Assembly (NCBI GenBank): GCA_963739435.1
Contig: CAVUAN010000024.1
Location: forward strand, 39,486-103,485
From: an uncultured Acidobacteriota bacterium
GTDB lineage: Bacteria > Acidobacteriota > Thermoanaerobaculia > UBA5066 > Gp7-AA6
Direction: 5' to 3'
Length of the DNA: 64,000 bases
Below are positions 10,523 to 23,203 of the stretch, in pieces. Both the position numbers and the translations under genes were made by a program. Each line of letters opens with the position of its first letter. The stretch's first letter is position 1. The notes under the pieces are model-generated. The model saw only the letters and a program-made list of their open reading frames with translations, did no database searches and had not been told where the DNA came from.

Positions 10523-11620
10523 TCATGCTGCGAATTGTTCAAGGCGAACCGGCAGGCGCCGCGCTCCCCACTGCCCCGGCTGGTCCTCGAAGATGCCTGC
10601 ACACACCTCGCCGCAGGAAGGGCAGCGCCCCCCGGCATCGAGGTTCCAGGCGGTCAACACATAGCCGTTCCGTCCGATCAGCGGAGCCCCGCAGCCACGG
10701 CAGAGCGTCGCGCCCCCCCGCGAGTCGTCGATGTTTCCCGTGTAGGCGTACCGGACGCCATTACCGGCTGCGATGCGGCGGGCCTCGACGAGCGTGGCCG
10801 GCGGAGTCGGGGAGACGTCGATCATCCTCCAGTCAGGATGGAACGCGGTGAAGTGCATCGGAACGTCCCGCCCCAGGTTCTCGACGACCCACCGGGTCAT
10901 CGCGTCGATCTCCTTTGCCGAGTCGTTGTAGCCGGGGATAACGAGGTTCGTGATCTCGAGCCAGACCTTCGTCTCCTTCTTGAGGTAGACGAGAGTGTCG
11001 AGCACCGGCTGGAGGTGAGATCCCGTCACCTCCCAGTAGAACTTCTCCGTGAAGGCCTTCAGGTCTACGTTTGCCGCGTCGATATGCCGGTAGAAGTCTT
11101 TCCGCGGTTCGGGACACATGTAGCCTGCCGTCACGGCAACCGTTCGCACATTCGCCTCGTGGCACGCCTGGGCGACGTCGATCGCGTACTCGAAAAAGAT
11201 CGTCGGGTCGTTGTACGTGAAAGCCACGCTGCGGCAGCCGAGCTTGCCGGCCGCTCGGGCGATCAGCTCGGGCGGCGCCTCATCGGCCAGCTTTGCGATC
11301 TCGCGCGACTTGCTGATGTCCCAGTTCTGGCAGAACTGACAGGAGAGGTTGCACCCTTCGGTGCCGAAGGAGAGCACGGCGGTTCCGGGCAGGAAGTGGT
11401 TCAGCGGCTTCTTCTCGATCGGGTCGACGCAGAAACCGCTCGACCGCCCGTAGGTCGTCAGGACGACCTGGTCCCCTTCACGTGCCCGAACGAAACAAAG
11501 GCCGCGCTGGCCTTCCCGCAGCGTGCAGAACCGGGGGCAGACGTCGCACTGGATGCGCCCGTCCTCCAGGCGGTGCCAGTACCGCGTGCCGATCACGGGG
11601 CCCGAGCGCAGTGTTGTCAA
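10523..11620 (-). CDS. AmmeMemoRadiSam-system-type radical SAM enzyme (PflA-like activase family)
   Basis: 365 aa: CDVCPRFC, FCVDPIEKKPLNHF, GCNLSCQFCQNW (CxxxCxxC) and NDPTIFFEY, plus a C-terminal Cys cluster CRGCG...CPSCG. Confidence 0.85.
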   Translation of the reverse strand: MTTLRSGPVIGTRYWHRLEDGRIQCDVCPRFCTLREGQRGLCFVRAREGDQVVLTTYGRSSGFCVDPIEKKPLNHFLPGTAVLSFGTEGCNLSCQFCQNWDISKSREIAKLADEAPPELIARAAGKLGCRSVAFTYNDPTIFFEYAIDVAQACHEANVRTVAVTAGYMCPEPRKDFYRHIDAANVDLKAFTEKFYWEVTGSHLQPVLDTLVYLKKETKVWLEITNLVIPGYNDSAKEIDAMTRWVVENLGRDVPMHFTAFHPDWRMIDVSPTPPATLVEARRIAAGNGVRYAYTGNIDDSRGGATLCRGCGAPLIGRNGYVLTAWNLDAGGRCPSCGEVCAGIFEDQPGQWGARRLPVRLEQFAA

Positions 11621-11728
11621 AGCCAGTCATCCTCGGCTCATATTGTCCGCTCCGCCTGATTTCTTCGCATGGTCCGCTTGCATCAGACGGATTCGCAGAT
11701 TCTCGTAACTCGGTTTCCTCGCTTGGGC

Positions 11729-12667
11729 TCAAGCCGCAGTCATTCGCATCTGCTCATAGAGGCGCTCGGCGTCCTCCCGGCGGCAGAGCTGCGTGCCCGG
11801 GTTCATCACCGCGGCTGCGCCCGCCGCCACGCCGAAGCGGGCGGCCTCGGCGAGAGAGAGCCCTCGCGATAGCGACAGGACGATTCCCGCGACCATCGTG
11901 TCTCCGGCGCCCACGCTCGAAGCAACCGGGACGGCCGGAGCGAGCAGCCGCTCGGACTCCGTCCCCGTCACGAAGAGGGCGCCTCCGCCGCCGAGCGACA
12001 GGACCACCACCTCGCATCGCCCCTTGGCGATCAGCCGCCGGGCCGCCGCGGCCAGTTCCGGCTCGCCGCTTGCCGCTCCCCCGGTCAACTGCTGGAACTC
12101 GTGCAGGCTCGGCTTGACGAGAAAAACCCCTTTCTCCAGAGCGAGCCGCAGGGGTTCGCCCGAGGAGTCGAGGACGAAGCGCGCCTCGAGCTCTCGTGCC
12201 ACGCCGGCCGCCAGGGCATAGAAGCCGGCGGGCGCGCCGGGCGGCAGGCTGCCGCTCGCGACGACGAAGGCCGGCTCGGGCCGGACGCAGCGGAGCGACT
12301 CAAGGCATTGCCTCCACTCCGACTCGCTCAGCGTCGGGCCCGGGAAGACGAACCGGTACTGGCGGCCGGTCGCCTCTTCGCGGACATTGAGATTGCGGCG
12401 GGTCCACTCCGCAATCGGGATCGGAACTTGAGAGACACCTTCTCGGTCGAGCAACTCGCACAGCAGCTCGCCCGAAGGCCCGCCGGCGGCAAAGAGCGCG
12501 AGGGCTTCGCCGCCCAATCGCCGGACCGCGCGCGCGACGTTGATCCCGCCGCCCCCGGGCTCGTAATGCGGAGCGAGGCAGCGGAGCTTCGATCCGGAGA
12601 CCACGTATTCGACCGACGAGCTTTCGTCGATCGCCGGATTCAGCGTGAGGGTCACGATCGGGGCCAC
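11729..12667 (-). CDS. PfkB-family sugar-phosphate kinase (1-phosphofructokinase / PFK-2 / tagatose-6-P kinase type)
   Basis: 312 aa: TLTLNPAIDES, GGGGINVARA, VKPSLHEF and GAGDTMVAG. Confidence 0.85.
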   Translation of the reverse strand: MAPIVTLTLNPAIDESSSVEYVVSGSKLRCLAPHYEPGGGGINVARAVRRLGGEALALFAAGGPSGELLCELLDREGVSQVPIPIAEWTRRNLNVREEATGRQYRFVFPGPTLSESEWRQCLESLRCVRPEPAFVVASGSLPPGAPAGFYALAAGVARELEARFVLDSSGEPLRLALEKGVFLVKPSLHEFQQLTGGAASGEPELAAAARRLIAKGRCEVVVLSLGGGGALFVTGTESERLLAPAVPVASSVGAGDTMVAGIVLSLSRGLSLAEAARFGVAAGAAAVMNPGTQLCRREDAERLYEQMRMTAA

Positions 12668-12729
12668 GGGGACAGACTAGGCCGCGGCCCCGTTCCAGGC
12701 TTGATCCATCCGAATCAGGGAGAGGCGCG

Positions 12730-14205
12730 TCAGCGGCGGCTTCGGCCCGTCAGCCAGGCGAGGCGGCGCAGGCGCTCGGCGAGATCGGGCTCCCAGGCGT
12801 TCGATGGCGCCCGCCAGGCCCAGTTGCCGCCGGGCGAGGCGGGGTCGTTCATGCGGGCTTCCGACCCCAGGCCCAGAACGTCCTGGAGGGGCACGATGGC
12901 GCGATCACAGACGGAGGAGAAGGCTGCTCGGATGAGATCCCACTCGATCCGGCTCCCGTCGCCGCCCAGATAGTCGATCACGCGCTGCCTCTCCTCGGCA
13001 CGGAGATGCTCAAACCAGCCGCGCGACGTGTCGTTGTCGTGCGTGCCCGTGTAGACGACGGCGTTGGGCGTGTGGCGGTGAGGCAGGTAGTCGCTGTCCG
13101 GCTCGTAGAAGGCGAACTGCAGGACTTTCATCCCGGGCACGCCGACCGCATCGAGCAGGGCCTCGACGTCCGGCGTGATCACTCCCAGGTCTTCGGCGAT
13201 GATCGGCAGCCCGCCCAGGGCTTCGCGCGCCGCCGCGAAGAGCTTCTCGCCCGGAGCCTCAACCCACCGGCCGTTCAACGCCGTCGTCTCTTCGGCCGGG
13301 ACCGACCAGTATGCCGCGAAGGCCCGGAAGTGATCGATCCGCAGCACGTCGCAAAGGCGCAGGTTCGCCCGGAGGCGCTCGATCCACCAGGCGAAGCCGT
13401 CCTCTTCCATGCGGTCCCAGCGATAGAGCGGGTTGCCCCAGAGCTGGCCGGTCGCGGAGAAGTAGTCCGGCGGAACGCCCGAGACCGCGACGGGGCGCCC
13501 CGCCGGGTCGAGATCGAAGAGCTCGCGGTTGGCCCAGACATCCGCGCTGTCCTGCGACACGTAGATCGGCGCATCTCCCATGACAGCGACACCGCGCTTC
13601 CCCGCTTCGCGCCGCACGCGCTCCCACTGCCGGAAAAAGAGAAACTGGGAGTAGACCTGAAAGTCGACCTCGGCGGAAAGCTCCCGGCGCGCCCGCGCGA
13701 GGGCCGAAGGCTCCCGCGTCGCCAGGTCCGCGTCCCAGCTCCACCACGGCGCGCCTCCGGCGCGCTCCCGGAGGGCGGCGAAGAGCGACCAGTCCGAAAG
13801 CCACGGAACCTGCTCCGGCGCCTCCGAGAAATCCTTGAGGTCCTCGATTTGCAAAGGCCCTGCGTGAACCTGGAAGTGCTCGAAGGAGCGCCGCAGCACC
13901 TGCTCCTTCCATGGAATCACCCGGTCCCACTCGACCAGCTCTTCCCGAAAGACCGGGGTCTCACGCATCGCATCTCCCGGCAGGAAGCCATCGCGCGCGA
14001 GCGCGTCGGGCGACACCAGCAGTGGATTGCCTGCAAATGCCGAAGCGCAACCGTAGGGAGAGTTTCCGGGGCCGGTCGGCCCGAGGGGCAAGACCTGCCA
14101 GAGCGTGAATCCGGCCGAGGCCGCCCAGTCCAGGAAAAGGTCCATCTCGGGACCGAGATCCCCCATCCCCAGGCGTCCCGGCAGGCTGGTCGGGTGCAGC
14201 AACAC
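12730..14205 (-). CDS. malQ: 4-alpha-glucanotransferase (amylomaltase, GH77)
   Basis: 491 aa: LLHPTSLPG, WQVLPLGPTG.GNSPY, LRIDHFRAF and GTHDNDT. GTG start. Confidence 0.92.
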   Translation of the reverse strand: MLLHPTSLPGRLGMGDLGPEMDLFLDWAASAGFTLWQVLPLGPTGPGNSPYGCASAFAGNPLLVSPDALARDGFLPGDAMRETPVFREELVEWDRVIPWKEQVLRRSFEHFQVHAGPLQIEDLKDFSEAPEQVPWLSDWSLFAALRERAGGAPWWSWDADLATREPSALARARRELSAEVDFQVYSQFLFFRQWERVRREAGKRGVAVMGDAPIYVSQDSADVWANRELFDLDPAGRPVAVSGVPPDYFSATGQLWGNPLYRWDRMEEDGFAWWIERLRANLRLCDVLRIDHFRAFAAYWSVPAEETTALNGRWVEAPGEKLFAAAREALGGLPIIAEDLGVITPDVEALLDAVGVPGMKVLQFAFYEPDSDYLPHRHTPNAVVYTGTHDNDTSRGWFEHLRAEERQRVIDYLGGDGSRIEWDLIRAAFSSVCDRAIVPLQDVLGLGSEARMNDPASPGGNWAWRAPSNAWEPDLAERLRRLAWLTGRSRR

Positions 14206-14239
14206 GCCCGCCGCGCGCGGGCGCTTTCCTTCCTTCTCT

Positions 14240-16730
14240 TCAGCTGCCGTAGGCAGTCCCTTCCCGGGGCTTGGCGCCGAACCAGCGGGCTAGACCCGTC
14301 TCGCTGGAAGCCAGGTCGGGATGAGAGGGCCGGACTCGCAGCGCCCAGCCGATGCCATCGTGCGCCGGCCGGCTGTGCTCGCCGCGGAAGACGGCGGCCG
14401 GCTCGTCCGCGCCGGAAGGGAGAAGGGTCACCGCGTATCCCGACTCCAGCGTGCCATCCGGCTCGAGAGGGCCCTCGAAGAGCTCGACAGCCACATCCCC
14501 GGCGTTCAAGCCGGCGAGTTCGAGCCGGGCTTCGATGGCGAACCGTTCTCCCGCGGCGAGCGTCCGGGGATCTGGCAGCGCTTCCCACGACACGAACCGC
14601 ACGCCCGGCCAGAGCTCCAGGAGGCGCCGCTTCCACTCGACGAGATGGCGCAGCCGCTCCCGGTTGTCTTCCTTCAGGCCCCGGCGCCGGGCCCCCCCGG
14701 GCAGGTAGCAGCTCTCGATGTACTGGGAAACCATGCGGTCCGACGAGAAGGCGCGGCCCAGGGCAGAGGCCGACACAAGCATCTTGTCGATCCAGCGCTG
14801 CGGCAGCCCCGAGGCGTCGCGCTCGTAGAAAAGGGGCAGGACCCGGGTTTCGAGCGCCTCGTAGAGCGCTGCGGCAATCACCTCGTCGGGAGCGTGGTCC
14901 GTCGGCGGCCCGATCGTGAAGCCCGCCGTGTCCTGCGGGGCCTCATCCCACCATCCATCGGGAACCGAAAGGTTGAGGACGCCGTTCAACGCCGCCTTCA
15001 TACCGGACGTGCCGGAGGCCTCCCGAGGTCTCTCGGGCGTGTTCAGCCAAACGTCGCATCCCGCCGTCAGCGCCTGCGCGAGCGCCATGTCGTAATCCGA
15101 GAGGAAGACGAATCGCCCCCGCAAGTGCGGCTCCTCTGCGGCGCGCGTGATCGACGCGAGGAACGCCTTGCCGGCCTCGTCGCGGGGATGCGCTTTTCCG
15201 GCGAAGAGAAACTGAACCGGCCGCCCGATCTGGTGCATGAGGTAGTCGAGCCGCTTCGGGTCCGTCAGGAGCAGCGTGGCCCGCTTGTACGTGGCGAAGC
15301 GCCGCGCGAAGCCGACCGTCAACGCTGTGGGATCGAGAGCGTTGGGATTGGACAGCCGTTCCCGCGCCAGCTCCACCAGCCGCTCCCGCTGCGCTTCGTG
15401 GCGCCGCCAGAGCAGCGCCCGGTCCACCTGCTCGGGCCGTTCGAGGACGTTGAGCGACGCGATCTCCGGCGCCGTCCACGTGGCCGGGTGCACGCCGTTG
15501 GTGATCGGCTCGATCGGCACCTCGGACAGCGGAAGGTCCGGCGTCACGTCTCGCCAGAGCCCGCGCGACACGCGGGCATGGAGACGCGACACGGCGTTCT
15601 TGTCGGGCAGAAAGGCGCATCGCGAGAACCGCCATCGAGAACAGGCCTCGCTTCTCGCCCGCCGTTTCTCTGCCGAGGTCGAAGAACTGATCGAACGTGA
15701 TGCCGAGCTCGGGGACGTAGTCGGCGAAGAACTTCCAGAGCAGCTCCTCCGAAAAGACGTCGATGCCGGCCGGAACGGGCGTATGGGTCGTGAACACGTT
15801 GCCCGCTGCCGCCACCTCGCGCGCCTCTTCGAACGAGAGGCCCTCCTCGACCACGAGCTGGCGCACCTTCTCGAGAGACACGAAGGCGGCGTGGCCCTCG
15901 TTGATGTGACGGATCGTGGGCCTCAGGCTCAGAAGTTCGAGCGCGCGTAGCCCTCCGATGCCGAGTGCAATCTCCTGTTTCAGCCGGCACCTTCGCCCGC
16001 CGCCGTAGAGCCTCTCGGTGACGCCGCGGTCGGCCTCGTCGTTCTCCTCGATGTTGGAGTCGAGGAGATAGAGCGATATGCGCGCGACCTGAGCCAGCCG
16101 GATCAAGAGCTGGACCGGGCGGCCCTCGATCTGGACGGTGACGACCGGCGGCCTCCCGTCGGGCGTCTGCGCCAACGAAAGGGGAAGCGCCTCCGGGTCG
16201 AGCCTCGGGTAAACCTCCGTTTGCCTGCCCTCGGGATCGAGAAGCTGGCTGAAGTAGCCCTCCTTGTAGAACAGGCCCACGCCGACGAGCGGCACTCCGA
16301 GGTCGCTCGAGGATTTCAGGTGATCTCCGGCCAGCACGCCGAGACCGCCCGCGTAGATCGGCAGGACGTCCGTCAGACCGAATTCGGCCGAGAAGTAGGC
16401 GATCAGTTCGCCGTGGGCGCGCAGCTCACGGGCGCCTGCATGCCTCGGCGGCGTGGCGTCCTCCGCGGCCAGCCGCTCGATCAGCAGATCGACGGACCGG
16501 AGAAAGCCGGAGTCCTCGGATGCGCTCCACAGCCTCTGGGGCGGCGTCTCGCGAAACAGCGCGACCGGGTTTCCGCGGGAGCGCCGCCACGCGTCCCGGT
16601 CGAGCGACTCGAAGAGCGCCCGCACGTCGGCGCGCCACGCCCACCGGAGGTCGTGGGCGAGAGCGAAGAGCGGCTGGAGCTTTTCCGGCACTCCGGGAAG
16701 TCGAAGCGCCTTCTCGAGAACGGGCGTCAC
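14240..16730 (-). CDS. glgP: Alpha-glucan phosphorylase (GT35, maltodextrin-phosphorylase-like), apparent frameshift near 15595
   Basis: The N-terminal part is in ORF 14943..16730 (YFSAEFGL, PIYAGGLGVLAGDHLKS, INEGHAAF, FTTHTPVPAG). The C-terminal part is in ORF 14240..15592 (VSRLHARVSR, ITNGVH..W, FARRFATYKR, EASGTSGMKAALNG). Confidence 0.9.
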
Positions 16731-16751
16731 GCACGGAAGAACATACCAAAA

Positions 16752-19196
16752 CTATTCGGGAACGAACACGGAGAGCCTCTCCCCGAGCGCGCGGAACGCA
16801 CTGACCCACTGGGCGGCGTCGCTGTCGCCCTGCTCGGCGCGCCCGCGGCTCTCGGGCCATGCGCTCTGCTGCAGCTCGAAAAAGATGTTCTGCGCGTTCC
16901 ACAGCTCGACGGCAAACGGCAGCGATCGGGCGAGGGTTGCGAGGACCTCCAGGTCCTGCAGGGCGGGGAGGCTTGCCGGAGTGGCGCGCCACCGCCGCGC
17001 CAGACGCTCCACGGTCCGCTGGAACGCGTAGCCGAGGCCATCCTCCGGCAGGCGCACTCCCACGCGGGCGGCCTCGGCAAGCGCGGACTCGATCCGCGAA
17101 AGATCCGGCGTCTCGGCGTCGAGGGCCCGCCGCAGCGCGGTTGTCAGCGCGAACTCGGCGGCGACCCGGAAGGCCCGCGGCAGCGGGATACCGTGGTCGT
17201 GCAGAAACCGCATCAGGGGCTCGTGCCGGTCGTAGAGCTGGCGATACGCCGCGTCCGCCTCGGCGAGCGTGTCTTCCAGGATCAGCCGGACGATCTTGCG
17301 CTGCTCGTCTTTGAAGAGGTGCTTCAACGAGTACGTCTCGGACGTGAAGTGGCGGTCCATGAGGCGCAGCACGGCGGCGAGGTCGCCCCGCCCGAAAGTC
17401 TCGGACAGGCTTCGGACCAGGCCGCCGTAGGCTTCGTCGGATTCCAGCCGGCCGATGCCGCCGGCGATGTTCTGGTCGCCCAGGTGGAGGGCGCAGAAGC
17501 TGACGCGCTCGTTCTCCCCCGTGACCTCCGAGATGATGCGCGCGCGCCCGAACGCGAGCCGGGCACGCCCGCCCGTGACGGCCGCGAAGTCCTCCCGCTC
17601 GACCGTGTAGCAGAAGACCCGCGTTCTCTCGGGGTACTCCTCGAACAGGGAGCTGACCGCGTAGTGGGCGGCGACCTTGTCGAGATCCACCCGGGCGGGC
17701 CGCACGAAGTCTTCGTAGACCTGGCGGCCGTCGCCCCGCTCCGGGTCGTTGCTCTTCGCCTTCCCGAGGCGATCGAGAAACGGGTCTTCGAAACCGCGGG
17801 AACCGCGCGGTCCGTCGGCCCGGCCCGCCAGATCGATGGCACGCCCGGCGTACTCGAGGATCTGCTGGCCCTCGAGACCCGCCAGGTCGTCGAAGAACCA
17901 GCCGCAGCTGGTGAACATGAGGAGAGCATGCCGCTGCAGCTCGAGCAGCTCGACTGCCGCAATCCGCTCGGCCGGCGAAAGCTCCCGGCGGGCGTGGCCT
18001 CGCAGGAACGCCTCGAGGCTCGCGGGCGTCCGGTCGAGCACCACGCCGACGTACGCGTCGCGCGCCGCCCAGGGGTCGGCAAAGAACTTGCCGGCCTTCG
18101 CCTCGAAGACGGGCGCGAGCGCATCGCGCAGGGCGTCGAGGGCTTCGCGCAGGGGCGCCCTCCACGCCTGGTTCGTCCTCGGATCCGTGCGGCAGCCGCA
18201 GTCTTTCTCCCACCGCCCGACGCCGTGCGAGCAGCTCCAGGACGTCCTCTCGAGGATGGCAGCCTCGTGAAGGGGCGGATGCGCAGCCAGATACTCGCCG
18301 TAGTTCGTCAGCCGGACGCCTTCCTGCGTCCCGAGGTGGCGCAGAGCGTATGCGAGAGCCATGTCGCCGAACCGGTGATGGTGGCCGAAGGTTTCGCCGT
18401 CGGTGGCGATGTGGACGAGCTGGTCTTCGGCGAGCACAGGGTCGGCGTCGAATTGGCCGAGCAGGCGTTCGACCAGCAGCTCGCCCCTCTGGAGGAGCCG
18501 TTCGAAGGCCACGGCGCGGGAGATCGGGCCATCGTAGAAGAAGACGGCGATCGATCTGCCCGACGGCAGCGCGACGCGGTAGGGGCGGCGCGGGTCGATC
18601 CGTCCGCCCGAAACGTCCTCCCACTGCGCCTGCGCCGATCTCGCGTTCGCGGTCGGCCTGGTGCGGCGAGAGGATGGTGAACAGGATCCCCTGCTCGGCC
18701 AGCACCTCGAGCGATTCCGTATCGACCGCCGTCTCGGGCAGCCACATCCCTTCCGGAAAGCGCCCGAATCGCCTCTCAAAATCGCGGATACCCCAGACGA
18801 CCTGCGTGACTTTGTCCCGACGGGTGGCAAGAGGAAGGATGGCGTGGTTGTAGGCCTGAGCGATGGCGGAGCCATGTCCCGAGAACCGCCCGGCGCTCGA
18901 GCGGTCGGCTTCGAGGACCGCGGCATACACCTCGGGCGAGTTCTTCTCCATCCAGGAGAGCAGCGTCGGCCCGAAGTTGAAGCTGATTCTCGCGTAGTTG
19001 TTCTCGATCGAGACGATTCGGTTCTTCCCGTCGAGGATGCGCGGCGTCGCATTGGGTCCGTAGCACTCCGCCAGGATCCGCTCGTTCCAGTCGTGGTACG
19101 GGTAGGCGGAGTCCTGCAGCTCGATCGCCTCGAGCCACGGGTTCTCCCGCGGCGGCTGGTAGAAGTGGCCGTGGATGCAGATGAAGCGGCGGGAAG

Positions 19197-19200
<4 letters not shown>
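16752..19200 (-). CDS. GH57-family glycoside hydrolase with DUF3536-type C-terminal domain, apparent frameshift near 18650
   Basis: TTG start at 19200 overlaps the glgB stop. The N-terminus ICIHGHFYQPPRENPW...NFGPTLLSWM..HAILPL lies in the frame of the long ORF 16426..21084. From QAQWEDVSGGRIDPRRPY..TDGETFGHHH..SCGWFFDD onward it is in ORF 16752..19052. Confidence 0.85.
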
Positions 19201-21263
<2,063 letters not shown>

Positions 21264-21327
21264 CCTGGCCGGAAAGCCTAACCCCTTCTCCTCCGGGGCG
21301 GCAACCGGGACCCTGTAAACTCGGTGC

Positions 21328-22199
21328 GTGCCGCGTCTGACCGCCGCTCTGCTGGCAGCGGGCTTCCTCGCCGCATCGGCTGTCATCTCACAGGAAGCCC
21401 AGGAGGGTCGGGGACTCGACCGCGCAGGCTCCCACTCCCACGCCGGTGCCCGTCGAAAAGAGCCCTGGTCCCCTTGCTCTCCTCGCCCGCGAGGCGACGA
21501 TCTACTACGACGACTCGAAAGCCCTCTTCTTCGCGCCCTTCCATTGGGACGGAAAGCAGGTGTGGACGGCCGTGGGAGCGGGCGCGCTGACGGGCGGTGT
21601 CATGGTCTTCGACGAGCCGCTCGCCACGTCCGTGCAGGACGCCGCGTCCCACACCACGAACGACATGTCGAAGGTCGTCACGCCGTTTGGTTCGTGGGCC
21701 GCCTTTGCAGCCTCGGGAGCGCTCGTCGTGTCGGGCATCGCGTTTCAAGAGGGAACAGCTGACGACGATGGGCCGCGAGGGCATCGAGGCCTGCCTGATC
21801 GCGGGCCTCATGACGGACATCTTGAAGCCCGTGTTCGGACGATTGCGGCCGTACCAGTCGGACAACGAGACAGTGTTCCAACCGTTCACGAACAACGTCT
21901 CGTTTCCATCGGGGCACGCGACAGTTGCGTTCGCCTTCGCCTCGGTCGTCTCGGCTCGCTCCTCCGGCTGGATCATTCCGACGGCCTCCTACACGCTGGC
22001 CTCCCTCGTTGCCTACAGCCGCGTCAACGACCACCAGCACTTCCCGAGCGATGTCGTGGCGGGCGGGCTGATCGGCACGGTCGTCGGGCGCTTCATCGTC
22101 CACCGTCACGAGCGCGCCGAGTCCGGCGCCCCGGCGCCCAAGGTCGAGCTCTCCCTGTTCCCCGTCCGCAACGGCCTCGGCATCGCCGCGCGCTTCTAG
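21328..22199 (+). CDS. PAP2-family (acid phosphatase / lipid phosphate phosphatase) protein, apparent frameshift near 21755 and possibly another near 21420
   Basis: The PAP2 motifs KPVFGRLRP, PSGH and SRVNDHQHFPSD are in ORF 21597..22199. The upstream part (ATIYYDDSKALFFAPF..) is in ORF 21446..22468. A signal-like N-terminus MPRLTAALLAAGFLAASAV is in ORF 21328..21762. Confidence 0.75.
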
Positions 22200-22258
22200 A
22201 AAAGAAAAAGGCCGCGGGACTTCTGGTCCAGCGGCCTTTCCCCGGGGTCAGACTCCGA

Positions 22259-22565
22259 TCAGTAGCGGTTGCGGCCCCCGCCGCCGCCAAACCCGCCGCC
22301 CCGGTTGCCCCCGCCGCCTTCCGTGCGCGGACGTGCCTCGTTGACCGTGAGGGCCCGTCCGTTGTGTTCCTTGCCGCTCAGAGGCCGACATCGCGGCCTG
22401 GGCCTTGGCATTGTCCGAGAATTCGACGAAACCAAACCCCTTCGAACGGCCGGAGTCGCGGTCCATGATGACCTTGGCCGAATCGGGCTCACCATAGGGA
22501 GCAAAGAGGTCGTGCAGGTCGGTATCGGTTACTTCGTACGACAGATTCCCAACATAGAGCTTCAT
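22259..22565 (-). CDS. RRM-type RNA-binding protein with Gly/Arg-rich tail, apparent frameshift near 22385
   Basis: MKLYVGNLSYEVTDTDLHDLF..SKGFGFVEF (RNP2/RNP1) is in ORF 22248..22598. The continuation LSGKEHNGRALTVNEARPR..GGGGNRGGGFGGGGGRNRY is in ORF 22259..22504. Confidence 0.85.
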
Positions 22566-22747
22566 ACAGAGTCCTTCGTGTCGGGCCGCGCCCGGCACAC
22601 TAATCCGGCGCTACGCTCGCGGAGGCGCCCGCCGAGAAACGCCTACGCCATCCCGTCAACAGAGTCGTTCGGATTTCGGCAGATTGGGTCTGACCAAAAG
22701 GCGAGCGGAACGAGACACAGGGAGTCTACCACGACCCCCGAGCGATG

Positions 22748-23203
22748 TCAGTTGCTTCGGGGCTGGATCGTCGTCGTGCCCGGAGACGGAGCGCTGACTG
22801 TGACCGGGTCCATTCGAGGCGCCGTGTAGATCGGACCCGCCGTGTCGGCGCCTCGATTGGTGTTGAAGCTCCAGTCGCTGTCCGGCCGTGTGACGAGCGG
22901 CGCTCGATGCTCGCGCGGTGCGACGGCCGTGACCTGGCGCGTCGCGGGCGCCTGGACGACGTATTCGGGGTAATAGCCATAGCCGCGCGGGTAGGCGGAG
23001 CACATATCGTCGTCGTAGTAGCCCGCCAGTCCATAGGAAGGCAGTGGGTAGCTGGAGGTCGCCGGAGGATAGAGATTCGTGCAGTCGGGATAGCCCGCGA
23101 ACCCACCCCCACCGCCGCCGCCGCCGTAGCCAGACCCGCCAGAGGCACAACCCGCGGCCGCGACGGTGAAAACGAGCAAGACCGACAGGCGCCGGAGGTT
23201 CAT
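22748..23203 (-). CDS. Hypothetical lipoprotein (Gly- and Tyr-rich)
   Basis: MNLRRLSVLLVFTVAAAGC is a lipobox-type signal peptide. It is followed by a GGGGGGG run and YP/YY-rich sequence. No recognisable family. Confidence 0.6.
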   Translation of the reverse strand: MNLRRLSVLLVFTVAAAGCASGGSGYGGGGGGGGFAGYPDCTNLYPPATSSYPLPSYGLAGYYDDDMCSAYPRGYGYYPEYVVQAPATRQVTAVAPREHRAPLVTRPDSDWSFNTNRGADTAGPIYTAPRMDPVTVSAPSPGTTTIQPRSN

